64,000 nt of DNA, taken from assembly GCA_948602995.1 (NCBI GenBank), contig CAPEBR010000013.1, positions 27,908 to 91,907 of the forward strand, read 5' to 3'. The notes under the pieces were generated by a model that saw only the letters and a list, made by a program, of their open reading frames with translations, was not told where the DNA came from and ran no database searches. The DNA comes from an uncultured Dorea sp. (GTDB taxonomy: Bacteria; Bacillota; Clostridia; Lachnospirales; Lachnospiraceae). The position numbers and the translations under genes are program-made. Shown one piece after another: positions 1 to 10,171 of this stretch; positions within the stretch are counted from its first letter, which is position 1, and each line of letters begins with the position of its first letter.

Positions 1-174
1 CTTTAAAATACTTCCTTCACGGACTTCATATGCCGTGACATGGGATCCAGTCAGATACAGAAGAACAGTAATCACAAGATAAATAAATACAACACCGAAG
101 ATCACAACACCAATATTAAGATTCCACTTTTTTCTTCGAAATGCGGTTACATTCGTCGTTTTTTTCTTAACCAA
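1..174 (-). CDS. N-terminal fragment (58 codons, runs off the window start) of a membrane-anchored protein; possibly an HlyD-type adaptor
   Basis: Absent from the ORF track because the window edge cuts it. The minus-strand frame starts at TTG (174) with AAGGAG 7 nt upstream. It reads MVKKKTTNVTAFRRKKWNLNIGVVIFGVVFIYLVITVLLYLTGSHVTAYEVREGSILK: a basic N-terminus followed by one TM helix. The family guess is from memory only. Confidence 0.4.
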   Translation of the reverse strand, partial: MVKKKTTNVTAFRRKKWNLNIGVVIFGVVFIYLVITVLLYLTGSHVTAYEVREGSILK

Positions 175-315
175 CCTGCTTCTCCTTCTTCTGTCAGTCA
201 GATACTCTGTCGTGTTCCTAAAAAGGAACACGGACTGTATCCTTAAAAATTAAAAACTTTTTAACGTATAATCTGCCTTCCTTAGGAAAATACTAGCACT
301 AAAGGAGGGATGTAC

Positions 316-525
316 ATGAAATGGTTCGATAATACTGCCCTGACCATTGTAATTATCGGCGCACTGAACTGGCTGCTGGTCGGAATATTCCGTTTTGACC
401 TTGTTGCTTTTCTGCTTGGTAATCTGTCATGGGTCTCACGTATTATATATACACTTGTCGGATTATGCGGTCTGTATCTCATCAGCCTGTACGGCAGAAT
501 TGAAAACGTACCGGGCACCCAGTAA
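316..525 (+). CDS. DUF378-family small membrane protein
   Basis: MKWFDNTALTIVIIGALNWLLVGIFRFDLV is the typical DUF378 N-terminus with two TM helices. AGGAGG at 303-308 fits the ATG at 316 (7-nt spacer) better than the track start at 310. Confidence 0.8.
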   Translation: MKWFDNTALTIVIIGALNWLLVGIFRFDLVAFLLGNLSWVSRIIYTLVGLCGLYLISLYGRIENVPGTQ

Positions 526-531
526 ATAACA

Positions 532-564
532 GGGGGTATCTCCAAATGGAGATACCCCCGCTTT
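532..564. terminator. Bidirectional rho-independent terminator between convergent genes
   Basis: Perfect 12-bp stem GGGGGTATCTCC (532-543) / GGAGATACCCCC (548-559) with loop AAAT. Both flanks are T-rich. Confidence 0.75.
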
Positions 565-588
565 GCCGGGGCAGATCCTGCTGAGTAG

Positions 589-1725
589 TTACATGGAATC
601 AATCATTGCGGTCATCTCCTGATATAACAGCTCCTTTGTATCCGCCCCCATCACAATCGATATATAAGGATTTTCTGCTTTATCCCGATCCAGGAGAATC
701 AGACAGTTTCCCGCTTCGCTGGTTGTTCCTGTCTTTCCTCCGATTACCGTTCCTCCCGTTGGAGGAGGTGCTTCACCGCTGGCATAATAATTCGTGGGCG
801 CCAGATCCATTTCACTCATATTCCCATCTGCCTCTGTAATGTGTGCAGTATAGGAATCGGCACTGATCATGTCCATAAACTCCTGATTTTTAATGCATTC
901 ATTAAAAATCAGATATAAATCATAAGCTGTGGTATAATGATCTTCATTGTGCAGACCATTGGAATTTACAAAATGGCTGTTTGTTGCCATGAGCGCTGCT
1001 GCCTGTTCATTCATCATATCTGCAAAGGCTTCCATATTTCCGGCAATATGCTCTGCAATCGCAACCGCATTGTCATTGCCGGAATAAAGTATCAGACCGT
1101 ACAGCAGATCCCTGAGTGTAAGCTGATCCCCCGTTTTCAGCCCACAGATCTGTTCATCTGCCGCAAAGCTTGATGCAGATGCATTCTCCGAAACCGTAAC
1201 AATGTCATCAAGATTTCCCTGATTGATCGCAACCAGGGCTGTCAGAATCTTTGTAGTACTTGCCGGGTAGAGACGGTCATGGATGTTGTAGGAAAAGTCC
1301 ACTTCTTTGTTATTCATATCAAACAGCGCCGCAGCATGAATTCCGGATATCCGTTCGATCTGGTCTGAGGAAATATCATTCGAAGCAACGCACAGCTCCT
1401 CTGCATAAAGGCTCCCCTCCCTGTAAAGGCTCCTGTTATATTCTGCTGCTTCGAATTCTTCTGCCAGATACTCCGGCTTCGCAGAGAACTGTTTGAAAAA
1501 GTATATTCCCGCTGATGCCAGGCATAGTATGATCAGAATACATGCCAGACAGCCTGTCTGCCTCTTTTTCCGCCTTTTCTTCCTTTTTGATAATCTCTGA
1601 TTCTGGTATCTCGTATTACTGACTCTGTTTTTATTTGCAGTACTGTTCTTTTTTCTCGTTCTGCCACAGTTAACTCCTGGCTGTTTACCGGTACATTTCA
1701 CGCCAATCAAGATCTCCTCTGTCAA
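589..1725 (-). CDS. D-alanyl-D-alanine carboxypeptidase (serine-type, PBP5/DacB-like), N-terminal membrane anchor
   Basis: SxxK (ASTTKILTA), SxN (YSGNDNA) and KTG (GGKTGTT) motifs, with a basic tail plus TM at the N-terminus. The start is uncertain because it overlaps the mgsA 3' end by 41 nt. Confidence 0.85.
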   Translation of the reverse strand: MTEEILIGVKCTGKQPGVNCGRTRKKNSTANKNRVSNTRYQNQRLSKRKKRRKKRQTGCLACILIILCLASAGIYFFKQFSAKPEYLAEEFEAAEYNRSLYREGSLYAEELCVASNDISSDQIERISGIHAAALFDMNNKEVDFSYNIHDRLYPASTTKILTALVAINQGNLDDIVTVSENASASSFAADEQICGLKTGDQLTLRDLLYGLILYSGNDNAVAIAEHIAGNMEAFADMMNEQAAALMATNSHFVNSNGLHNEDHYTTAYDLYLIFNECIKNQEFMDMISADSYTAHITEADGNMSEMDLAPTNYYASGEAPPPTGGTVIGGKTGTTSEAGNCLILLDRDKAENPYISIVMGADTKELLYQEMTAMIDSM

Positions 1726-2089
1726 TTGCTAATATAACTAATTCTGCTGTGGCAAGGTTCGTTGCCATCGGGATGTTATATGTATCGCACAGGCGTATAA
1801 CATCGTTTACTTCTGGTTCATGAGGCTTGGGATCCATCGGTTCGCGAAGGAAAATAAGCGCATCAATATCATTCTGTGCGATCTGTGCCCCAAGCTGCTG
1901 CTTTCCCCCAAGCGGCCCTGCCAGATATTTGTGAATGCTCAGGTTCGTCACCTCTTCAATGAGACGCCCTGTCGTTCCGGTTGCATACAATTCATGCTTG
2001 CTTAAAATCCCACGGTACGCAATACAAAAATTCTGCATCAATGTCTTCTTCGAGTCATGCGCAATCAGACCTATGTTCATATTTTTCAC
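1685..2089 (-). CDS. mgsA: Methylglyoxal synthase
   Basis: MNIGLIAHDSKK...ATGTTG...GPLGGKQQLGA is a full-length MGS signature (134 aa). Confidence 0.9.
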   Translation of the reverse strand: MKNMNIGLIAHDSKKTLMQNFCIAYRGILSKHELYATGTTGRLIEEVTNLSIHKYLAGPLGGKQQLGAQIAQNDIDALIFLREPMDPKPHEPEVNDVIRLCDTYNIPMATNLATAELVILAIDRGDLDWREMYR

Positions 2090-2092
2090 TCC

Positions 2093-3220
2093 TTATTGAT
2101 ATTTTTTCGGCTGCAGCCCAATATTTAATACAAATCCTATACCGATATAAAGACTCACGAGGGATGTAAGACCATAGCTTACAAATGGTAATGGAACACC
2201 TGTATTCGGGAGCATATTTGTGGCAACTCCAATATTAATAAAGCTTTGGAAGCCAATGAGTCCTCCAATCCCACAGCATATAATCCTTCCGGATATATCC
2301 TGCGATCGGACTCCTATTAATATACATTGTATCACAATCAGTAATAATAAAGCAATAACTATACAGCTTCCGATAAAGCCTAATTCTTCCCCGATAATTG
2401 CAAAGATAAAATCTGTCTGCGGCTCCAGTATAAAATTACCGTTCTTAACAGATGTTGTCGTATTATTATCAAGTCCCTTTCCCATAAGCTGCCCGGAACC
2501 GATCGCCATCTCCGAATTATTCTGCTGGTATGCAGCATCGCTCATATGCTCCTCCGGGTTTAGAAATGCCAGTATACGCGTCTGCTGGTAATCCTTAAGA
2601 AATGGTTGGTTTGGCTGTACTGCAATCACAAGAAAGATGAGTGCCGACGGAATCAGTACTAGTATTACGGTCACAATAAAACGATAGCTTAATCCTCCTA
2701 CATAAATCAGAAGACAGATAACAAGCGCCGTCAGAATTGTCGTGGAAAGATTTGGCTCTGCCAGAATCAGGCTAAGTGGTATGGCCGCAAGTATGGCATA
2801 CTTTATCAGAGTTGCAGGCTGGTTCACAGTATCCTTGTGTTCCAGAATAAATCTGGAAAAAAACAGAATCAGCAGAATCTTGGCAAGCTCGGAGGGCTGA
2901 AAGGTTGTGAAGCCCAGATTAATCCACCTGGTTGCACCATTCACCTCCTGCCCGATTACAAGCACAAGCCCAAGGCTTCCTACGGCTGCAATATACACCA
3001 GCCAGTACATGTCAAGAACCCAAACATAGTCAATCAGTGATACGACCAGCATAATCAGAATGCCGGCGACAACGCCGAAAGTCTGTTTATTCTGCAGACT
3101 TTCCTTGGCGCTTCCCACCACAAGAATCCCAATGAATGAAAGCACTGTCACCAGTATGACAAGGCTGAATCTGTAATCTCTTAATCTGTATGGTTTTGCT
3201 ATAAATTTCGGTAATCTCAC
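2093..3220 (-). CDS. rodA: Rod shape-determining protein RodA (FtsW/RodA/SpoVE SEDS family)
   Basis: Polytopic 375-aa SEDS protein (GATRWINLGFTTFQPSELAK, conserved C-terminal NMLPNTGVPLPFVSYG). The min/mre context supports the rodA call. Confidence 0.85.
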   Translation of the reverse strand: MRLPKFIAKPYRLRDYRFSLVILVTVLSFIGILVVGSAKESLQNKQTFGVVAGILIMLVVSLIDYVWVLDMYWLVYIAAVGSLGLVLVIGQEVNGATRWINLGFTTFQPSELAKILLILFFSRFILEHKDTVNQPATLIKYAILAAIPLSLILAEPNLSTTILTALVICLLIYVGGLSYRFIVTVILVLIPSALIFLVIAVQPNQPFLKDYQQTRILAFLNPEEHMSDAAYQQNNSEMAIGSGQLMGKGLDNNTTTSVKNGNFILEPQTDFIFAIIGEELGFIGSCIVIALLLLIVIQCILIGVRSQDISGRIICCGIGGLIGFQSFINIGVATNMLPNTGVPLPFVSYGLTSLVSLYIGIGFVLNIGLQPKKYQ

Positions 3221-3459
3221 GTTTCATCTCCTGCAAATGTAATAAGTATATGGGTTCTGCATATCTCCACCCTGAAATTCTCTTCTGTAATCTCCATATA
3301 TTTTGACAGGGAAGAAAATAGTTCTCTGCATATATTATCATAGTCACATGGTGCACAGCAGACCCGGTCTGATGTCACCAGTGTTTTCAGGCGGTTCTTT
3401 GCAACCGCGACCGAAGACGTTTTCAACATGGCGCGCCTCCTAATTTTTGCGGAAAGCAT
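3217..3459 (-). CDS. minE: Cell division topological specificity factor MinE
   Basis: 80 aa, SSVAVAKNRLKTLV motif, directly downstream of minD. Confidence 0.85.
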   Translation of the reverse strand: MLSAKIRRRAMLKTSSVAVAKNRLKTLVTSDRVCCAPCDYDNICRELFSSLSKYMEITEENFRVEICRTHILITFAGDET

Positions 3460-4231
3460 CGGTTAATCTTGCAAAGAAACCTCTGCCGGCATTCAAATCC
3501 GCAAAAGGCACCTCCGCCCCCATAATCCTTCGGCAGACATTCAGGTAAATCTTTCCGGCGCTGGAATCAAGCCCGATCACAGGCTCTCCCTGGTTTGTTC
3601 CGATTACTACCTGCTCATCATCTGGAATGGCGCCGATCAGCGGAATAGACAGGATTTCTGTCACATCATCCACTGTCATCATATCTCCCTTTCTCACCAT
3701 GTCCATGCGGATCCGGTTGATAATCAGCGCCATATCACGGATATGATTACTCTCTAGAAGTCCGATGATCCGGTCCGCATCGCGGATCGCAGATACTTCC
3801 GGAGTCGTTACGATAATTGCACGGTCAGCGCCTGCAATGGCGTTCTGAAATCCCTGCTCAATGCCTGCCGGGCAGTCCAGAAGTATGTAATCAAATTCTT
3901 CCTTAAGCTCCGAGGTAAGCTTCTTCATCTGCCCCGGAGAGATTGCCGTCTTGTCTCTTGTCTGGGCTGACGGCAGAAGATACAGATTCTCATAACGCTT
4001 GTCCCTTATAAGAGCCTGCTTAAGGCGGCATGTCCCTTCTACTACATCAACCAGATTATATACAATCTGGTTTTCCAGTCCCATGACTACATCCAGGTTT
4101 CTAAGACCCAGATCAGTATCAATTACAATAACCTTTTTTTCGAGCTGCGATAGTCCTGCTCCAATATTTGCCGTTGTTGTGGTCTTTCCGACTCCGCCTT
4201 TTCCTGATGTAATTACAATAACCTCGCCCAT
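3440..4231 (-). CDS. minD: Septum site-determining ATPase MinD
   Basis: Deviant Walker A SGKGGVGKTT, conserved along the full length, C-terminal amphipathic tail. Confidence 0.95.
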   Translation of the reverse strand: MGEVIVITSGKGGVGKTTTTANIGAGLSQLEKKVIVIDTDLGLRNLDVVMGLENQIVYNLVDVVEGTCRLKQALIRDKRYENLYLLPSAQTRDKTAISPGQMKKLTSELKEEFDYILLDCPAGIEQGFQNAIAGADRAIIVTTPEVSAIRDADRIIGLLESNHIRDMALIINRIRMDMVRKGDMMTVDDVTEILSIPLIGAIPDDEQVVIGTNQGEPVIGLDSSAGKIYLNVCRRIMGAEVPFADLNAGRGFFARLTDAFRKN

Positions 4232-4785
4232 GAATAACTTCCTCCTATAACTGGTTTTAACCTGATATCTCCGATTCGAAGTTGTTTCGGGCTCATGTGA
4301 TGAGCCGCGATGACTGCCTCGTAATGTCCTCCTGCGCCTGCAATAACTGTACCGTAAACAGTTCCTGTTACTACCACATTCCCTTTGGAAACAACCATTG
4401 CACCTTCCTCAATATCTCCGACAATTACGATACTTGTCTCAGATTCAAGAATCTGTCTTCCTCTCAGTGTACCTCTATAGAACATACCGTCTTTTGCATG
4501 GTGCGCTTCTTTACTTTCTTCCAGAACTCTTTTCTGTATCTTTTCTGCGGAATCGCTTTTATCTATAATGCATAGTATGTGTACCCCCGCCGCCTCTTCA
4601 ATCGTGTCAACAACCAGAAGCTCCTCTTCTTCCGTAAAAGTACGGCCGCAAAATTCAACCGTCATATCCGCATCTGCAAAAAAATGTGCAGATGCCTCAA
4701 ATTTTTCCTTTACTGCAAGAAGCAGTTCCTGGTACGGCATATCTGCGTCAAGATAGATCGTAATACCATACCGGCTGCTCTTCAT
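4213..4785 (-). CDS. minC: Septum site-determining protein MinC
   Basis: The C-terminal beta-helix region (VIVGDIEEGAMVVSKGNVVVTGTVYG) is typical of MinC. I prefer ATG 4785 (MKSSRYGITIYLD) or GTG 4803 over the track start 4872, which overlaps the PBP2 gene. Confidence 0.85.
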   Translation of the reverse strand: MKSSRYGITIYLDADMPYQELLLAVKEKFEASAHFFADADMTVEFCGRTFTEEEELLVVDTIEEAAGVHILCIIDKSDSAEKIQKRVLEESKEAHHAKDGMFYRGTLRGRQILESETSIVIVGDIEEGAMVVSKGNVVVTGTVYGTVIAGAGGHYEAVIAAHHMSPKQLRIGDIRLKPVIGGSYSWARLL

Positions 4786-4819
4786 TCGAACAGGGTCCCT
4801 CACATAGCCTCTTCCTTTC

Positions 4820-7771
4820 TTAATCTCCGTGGGTCTCACTTGTACTGATCTTTGCTGCTTTTCCGGTAACAACCTCCTTTTCTGATGCCAGTTTATAATA
4901 ATATTTCATTACATCCCTTGTAATCTCACAAGTATATACAGAGCTGTATCCATTTGCAATACGGGTAGCAAATGCAATCTCCGGATTGTCACTGGGCGCG
5001 TAGCCTACAAAAAGCGCATGATCCGAATGTGTCTTACTCTGCTGTGCAGTACCGGTCTTTCCAGACAGGGTAACCTCAGTGGAATTAATGTCAGAAAAGG
5101 TTGCTGCATTTGCAACGGTAACAACATTTCTCATTCCATTATGGATTGCCGTCCACACGGAAGAACTGACTGCATCAATCGTATTCTTTACCTTTGGCTT
5201 AAACTCTTTCAGGGTTTTCCCTTCTACATCTGTTGTTTTGTCAAGGAGAGACAGGTCATAGACCGTACCCTTATTGGCGACTGCAGTAACATACCTTGCC
5301 AGCTGACTGATTGTATAGTTGTTGGTTCCCTGGCCGATTGCCGACGGAACGGATGCCTCATCTGAAATCTGCGGTTCGGCCTCAGGCACCTCAATGCCGG
5401 AGGTCGTGTCAAACCCGAACATCTTCGCGTATTTTCCAATCGCGTCTGTTCCTTTTTTACTGTCATAATATGCAGCCGTGGTCTTTCCCTCCAGATTATC
5501 CTCTGATATCTTTGATATACCCTTTTCTTCCAGACTTAACCGGTATCCTACTTCATAGAAGAAATTGTTACAGGAGTTTTCAATTGCTCCCTCCACATTC
5601 AGGCTTCCGTGGGCATTGGGATAAATCCAGCATTTTGGATTTGGTTCCACCTTTTCATAAATTCCATGACAGGGGAGATATTCATCAAGCGTTATAATTC
5701 CCTCTGTCAGTGCGGCTGCCGCCACCAAAGGCTTATAAGTGGAACCCGGAGCCGTCTTCTCCTGGGTTGCACTGTTATAGAACGGGCGTGCCCCGTCATT
5801 GACAAGACGGTTGTAATAAGCAGAATCCATTGTGTTGGCAAGCCTGTTGTTGTCATATCCCGGATAAGATACGCAGGCAAGAACCTGTCCGCTCTTCGTA
5901 TCCGTTACAACCATAGAACCGGTACATGGCTCAAGTGCGAGCTGTCCAGGTGTGATTTCCAGTTTCCTTAGCTTCTCCCGAAGGAAGTCATATGCCCCCA
6001 TCCTTCCGGACATCAGTGCCTCGTACTGTTCGTCGTCCTTTGGAAGGACCTTTTGTTCATACAGCATCAGACAGATCTGTCTTCCCGTCAGGCTGCCGCT
6101 GCGGATCATATAACGGTATAAAAGCTTATCAAAAGCATTATCCTCATTCATGCAGTCTGTAATAAATGCAGACAGTCCCTCATATAATTCTTCAGAATCC
6201 GTATATTTTTCCCCTTCAGACACATGATTCTGAAGCTTTGATGTATCAATCCAGTTTTGAGAAATCGCATAATTCAGATACTGATAAATATTAATCGATT
6301 CCTTCTTTGTCCATGCCTGATAAGTCTTGTCACCTGTATCAATGGCATCTGACAGAAGAACCCCCTCTCTGACAAGCAGCTCGTCTACAATGTACAGCAT
6401 ATAGGCCTGTACCTCCCTGGACTGTTCTTTATAGACAGCCGCTTTTGGATTATTCAGCACCTTCGCAATGGTTTTCTGCTTCTTTTTCTTATAGGAGGCA
6501 AACGCCTGTGCAACTTCTTTTTCGGTTGCCTTTGCCGTATCCTCAGTGAAATGGTTCATATCAAGAATCTCATTGGAGATAAACGAATTGTACACATCCC
6601 CAATGGGTATAATTGCATCATTTCCATCTTCCATGTTCGTGCGGTCAAAGTCAAGGGTATTTTGTATCTTGGCAAGAAGAATTCCCGCAAGCTCCTGTTC
6701 GATCACATGGTAGATGACCTTCTGAAGCCCGGCGTCTATGGACAGATAAACATCTCCGCCTGCTACCGGATCCGCCTGTGGTACTGTCTCAATAATTTTC
6801 CCCACACTATTCACATAGAGCTTCACTCTTCCCTTCTTTCCCTTCAGGGTGGAATCCATCACCTGCTCGATTCCCGACTTGCCAATGGTATCGGTCTTCT
6901 CGTACTTTTTTTTGTCCTCCTTACTAAGCTTATTATACTCTTCCAGTGAAATCTGTCCGGTATAACCTATAATATTCGCAAAGCATTCGCTGTCATTATA
7001 GCGGCGCAGAGATTCTTCTTCAATGCTTACGCCCTGGAGTACATCCATATTTTCCATAACATCAGCCACAGTCTCATCACTTACATCCTCGGCAATGGTT
7101 GTGGAGATATATTTCTGATAGCTGTTAAGGGACATGGCGTAACGGACATTGACAAGCTTCAGAATCTCCTCTTTGCTGAGTTTTTCCTGATCCAGCCCAT
7201 AGCCGTATATCTCGTCTGTACACAGATAATGGATAATCTGTGCTGCTGACTGGCTCTTCTGCTCCTTTGTCAGGTCATCGGTGTAACTCTCGCCGAATAC
7301 ATCCGCAACGAACCGGAGCCTCTGCACATCATTTTCCGCGACAAACATATAATTATTGTTATTATCAAGTATAATGCCAAAGTCACTGATTACCGTATCC
7401 CCGTTTGACTCCACCATCTCAATGACCGTAGAAACCACTTCGTTCAGCACCTGGTTTTTTTCTTTCGTACTGTCATACTCGCCGTTGTCTTCAATTGTAA
7501 CGGAATATGCAAGCTCATTAAAGGCGAGGAGCCTGCCGTTACGGTCAAAAATATTTCCCCGGGTACCTTCTACCTCTTTCGTTTTCTGAATCTGAATCTC
7601 ATACCTGTCGGCATAATCCTGCCCTTTTACGATCTGCAGATAAAAAACCCGCTGGACCAATACTGCTGATAACAGACAGAATACAACTGCTGTAATAAAA
7701 GCTCTTGAACCTACAATTTCCTTTATGCCTGTCTTAAGGCGTTCTAACAAATCAAACAAACTTACTTGCAC
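4820..7771 (-). CDS. mrdA: Penicillin-binding protein 2 (elongasome transpeptidase), unusually long at 983 aa
   Basis: N-terminal TM, then SxxK (GSTYKP), SxN (NSCNNF) and KTG (GKTGTA). Located between mreD and minC. Confidence 0.85.
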   Translation of the reverse strand: MQVSLFDLLERLKTGIKEIVGSRAFITAVVFCLLSAVLVQRVFYLQIVKGQDYADRYEIQIQKTKEVEGTRGNIFDRNGRLLAFNELAYSVTIEDNGEYDSTKEKNQVLNEVVSTVIEMVESNGDTVISDFGIILDNNNNYMFVAENDVQRLRFVADVFGESYTDDLTKEQKSQSAAQIIHYLCTDEIYGYGLDQEKLSKEEILKLVNVRYAMSLNSYQKYISTTIAEDVSDETVADVMENMDVLQGVSIEEESLRRYNDSECFANIIGYTGQISLEEYNKLSKEDKKKYEKTDTIGKSGIEQVMDSTLKGKKGRVKLYVNSVGKIIETVPQADPVAGGDVYLSIDAGLQKVIYHVIEQELAGILLAKIQNTLDFDRTNMEDGNDAIIPIGDVYNSFISNEILDMNHFTEDTAKATEKEVAQAFASYKKKKQKTIAKVLNNPKAAVYKEQSREVQAYMLYIVDELLVREGVLLSDAIDTGDKTYQAWTKKESINIYQYLNYAISQNWIDTSKLQNHVSEGEKYTDSEELYEGLSAFITDCMNEDNAFDKLLYRYMIRSGSLTGRQICLMLYEQKVLPKDDEQYEALMSGRMGAYDFLREKLRKLEITPGQLALEPCTGSMVVTDTKSGQVLACVSYPGYDNNRLANTMDSAYYNRLVNDGARPFYNSATQEKTAPGSTYKPLVAAAALTEGIITLDEYLPCHGIYEKVEPNPKCWIYPNAHGSLNVEGAIENSCNNFFYEVGYRLSLEEKGISKISEDNLEGKTTAAYYDSKKGTDAIGKYAKMFGFDTTSGIEVPEAEPQISDEASVPSAIGQGTNNYTISQLARYVTAVANKGTVYDLSLLDKTTDVEGKTLKEFKPKVKNTIDAVSSSVWTAIHNGMRNVVTVANAATFSDINSTEVTLSGKTGTAQQSKTHSDHALFVGYAPSDNPEIAFATRIANGYSSVYTCEITRDVMKYYYKLASEKEVVTGKAAKISTSETHGD

Positions 7772-8270
7772 TCCTTTGTTCTTCTGCTTCTAACTTCTTG
7801 TTAATGTACAGGATAATCTGATATAAAACCAGAGTCGCCAGTATCGTATAGACAAGCTCCGGCAAAATAATATGAAAAAGATGATTGTAAATCTCAAAAT
7901 CTCCTCTCAGGACATAGATGCAGAAGCATGTAACCAGTCCGTACACTAATTCGCTGATCCCGATCAGCACAAGCGGAAGCTTGATATCCTCATCAAAAAA
8001 CAGCCGGTGAAAATATCCGTTTATATAGCCGATCACGGCAAACAGCATCATATTAAATCCCAGAGATGTTCCCCAGAAAACATCTACAAAGATTCCGGCC
8101 GCAAATCCCACAAACATCCCTTCCTTCTTCCCCCGCATAAAGCCAAAGGAAGATGTGACGACTGTCATAAGGTTGGGCACTACCAGAACAGGAAAAATCC
8201 TTGGAAATACCGTGCTTTGTAGCAGGAAGGTAATAAGCAGGATAAAAAATATAGTGATCTTCCTTTTCAT
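7752..8270 (-). CDS. mreD: Rod shape-determining protein MreD
   Basis: 172-aa polytopic membrane protein immediately after mreC; overlaps its neighbours, which suggests translational coupling. Confidence 0.8.
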   Translation of the reverse strand: MKRKITIFFILLITFLLQSTVFPRIFPVLVVPNLMTVVTSSFGFMRGKKEGMFVGFAAGIFVDVFWGTSLGFNMMLFAVIGYINGYFHRLFFDEDIKLPLVLIGISELVYGLVTCFCIYVLRGDFEIYNHLFHIILPELVYTILATLVLYQIILYINKKLEAEEQRSASKFV

Positions 8271-9133
8271 TCCTTCTCGCTGCCTCCTGTCATGTCTGCC
8301 TTTGTGGTGGTAATGACCAGAACCTCCTGAAGCTTGCTGAAGTCAACTGCCGGTGTAATATAACCGGACCGGGTCAGATTATTGGAATCCACCTCAATCT
8401 CGCTGATATAACCAATAAAAATACCTTGTACAAAGCGGTCGCTCACATGAGAGGTTACAATCTGTTCCCCGACTTCAATCACATTATCATTATTCTTCAT
8501 CTTTTCAAAACGGATTCTTCCATCCGGTATAAGCTTCAGATCCCCCCTCACCATGCAGGTGTCTGAGGTGGATAAAACCATGCCGCTGACATTACTTGCA
8601 TCATCAATAATCGACCGTACCCGGGAATAATCCGGCGCCACTTCTGTTACAATTCCAACCAGGCCGCTTCCTGACAGCACATTACAGTTTACCTTGATTC
8701 CGTCATTGCTGCCCTTGTCAATGGTAAAATCGCTGAACCAGTTGCTGCCATTGTTGGCAATTACATGTGCGCCGATTTTTTCATAATCCGAATAATTTTC
8801 GTCCAGCTTATAGAGCTCTCTTAAGCGGTCCAGCTCATACTGCTCCTGCCGGAGCCTTGTATTTTCGATGGTAAGCTCGTCCACCTTTGTCTGTAGCGCA
8901 TTCTTTTCGTTTCTTACATCCTCTAGTGTATCAAAATTGTCAGAAATATCACTCAGATATCTTCCCACATAACTGATCCCCTTCTGCATGGGGACAACCG
9001 TATAATTTCCAATCAGGCGGAATACGCCGCCCCCGTCAGTAAATCTCTCAATTCCCAAAAGCAGTACGCACACTGCTACCAGAACCATAAGCCAGTATTT
9101 ACTTGAAAGTGAAGATTGGTTTTTAATTTTCAT
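8267..9133 (-). CDS. mreC: Rod shape-determining protein MreC
   Basis: N-terminal TM, a coiled coil (LQTKVDELTIENTRLRQEQYELDRL), then the beta-barrel region typical of MreC. Confidence 0.9.
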   Translation of the reverse strand: MKIKNQSSLSSKYWLMVLVAVCVLLLGIERFTDGGGVFRLIGNYTVVPMQKGISYVGRYLSDISDNFDTLEDVRNEKNALQTKVDELTIENTRLRQEQYELDRLRELYKLDENYSDYEKIGAHVIANNGSNWFSDFTIDKGSNDGIKVNCNVLSGSGLVGIVTEVAPDYSRVRSIIDDASNVSGMVLSTSDTCMVRGDLKLIPDGRIRFEKMKNNDNVIEVGEQIVTSHVSDRFVQGIFIGYISEIEVDSNNLTRSGYITPAVDFSKLQEVLVITTTKADMTGGSEKE

Positions 9134-9134
9134 A

Positions 9135-10157
9135 TTAACTCATCCACCTATATCTGTCGTCCAGCATGGAAAATGCCAGCTGTCGTAATTCTTTTGACAT
9201 GATAATCTTTTTCAGTCCGTTTACGGAGCAGAACTCCGGGTTAACCGCCGTCCTGGTTGTTATGCCCACATTCTTTTCAATATAGGCATCCAGTCCGTTT
9301 GTATTTGCGACGCCGCCTGTAAGAAATATGCCGTTCTTATGAATTGCCGCGCGTACTTCAGGCGGCGTCCTGTCAAGGAGCGACTGGATTGACTGGATAC
9401 ATTCCATCAGAGGATCCCTCACGGCTGCACGCACCAGGTTAATCGATATGGCCTTCTGCATGGGAACACCGGTAATCAGATCACGTCCCGCAACCATAAA
9501 TGCAGCCTCAGAATCAGCTTTAAAAATATCAAATCTGCGCCGCAGCGCCTCTGCGGTGTGTCTTCCGATCAGGAAATCATGACTGTTGCGGATTATAGTG
9601 ATGATTGCGTCATCATAGTTCCTTCCCCCAATTGGAAGCAGACGGTTGAGAACCATGCCTCCTCCTGCAAGGACAGAAAGCTCGGTTGTCTCTCCTCCGA
9701 AATTTGCAATAAAGGTTCCCCTCGTATTCCGGGCGTCAATATTCATGCCGATGGCATCTGCGATGGAGCGTTCTACAATATTTACCTCCTTCGCTTTTGC
9801 AGTAGAATGAATGACCAGATCAAAGAAGGCCTTTTTCTGGACCTTCGTCACATCTGTGGGGACCGCGACAACATACTCTGCCCCATGGGCAAACTGCCTC
9901 TCGCCCTTAATCAGGTTCTGCAGGAGAAACTGCATGTTCGTAAACCCGGTGATCATACCTGCCTTCATGGGAAATAATACCTCAATGGATTCAGGTGTTT
10001 TTTCATACATACAATAGGCATCATCACCCACCGCATAGATCTCTCTTTTATTCTTTACTGCAATGACACATTTTTCATTCCAGATTGTGTCGCGCTTTTT
10101 ATCATAAACCTTAATGTCATAAGAGCCAAGATCCAGCCCGTATGTGTTCTTTGCCAT
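9135..10157 (-). CDS. mreB: Actin-like rod shape-determining protein MreB
   Basis: Actin/Hsp70 fold motifs (GLDLGS, NFGGETTE, FLTGGVAN). The ATG at 10157 has AAGGAAG 6 nt upstream; the track start 10208 would overlap radC. Confidence 0.9.
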   Translation of the reverse strand: MAKNTYGLDLGSYDIKVYDKKRDTIWNEKCVIAVKNKREIYAVGDDAYCMYEKTPESIEVLFPMKAGMITGFTNMQFLLQNLIKGERQFAHGAEYVVAVPTDVTKVQKKAFFDLVIHSTAKAKEVNIVERSIADAIGMNIDARNTRGTFIANFGGETTELSVLAGGGMVLNRLLPIGGRNYDDAIITIIRNSHDFLIGRHTAEALRRRFDIFKADSEAAFMVAGRDLITGVPMQKAISINLVRAAVRDPLMECIQSIQSLLDRTPPEVRAAIHKNGIFLTGGVANTNGLDAYIEKNVGITTRTAVNPEFCSVNGLKKIIMSKELRQLAFSMLDDRYRWMS

Positions 10158-10171
10158 ATGGATCTTCCTTT

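Noticed and set aside
40-246. 68-aa plus-strand ORF at the window start
   Set aside because: It has no RBS and a compositionally odd translation. It lies antisense to a minus-strand frame that has a proper SD plus TTG start and a credible TM-anchored N-terminus.
3087-3356. 89-aa ORF overlapping the rodA start and the minE end
   Set aside because: It is an alternative frame across two well-supported, tightly coupled genes, with no independent support.
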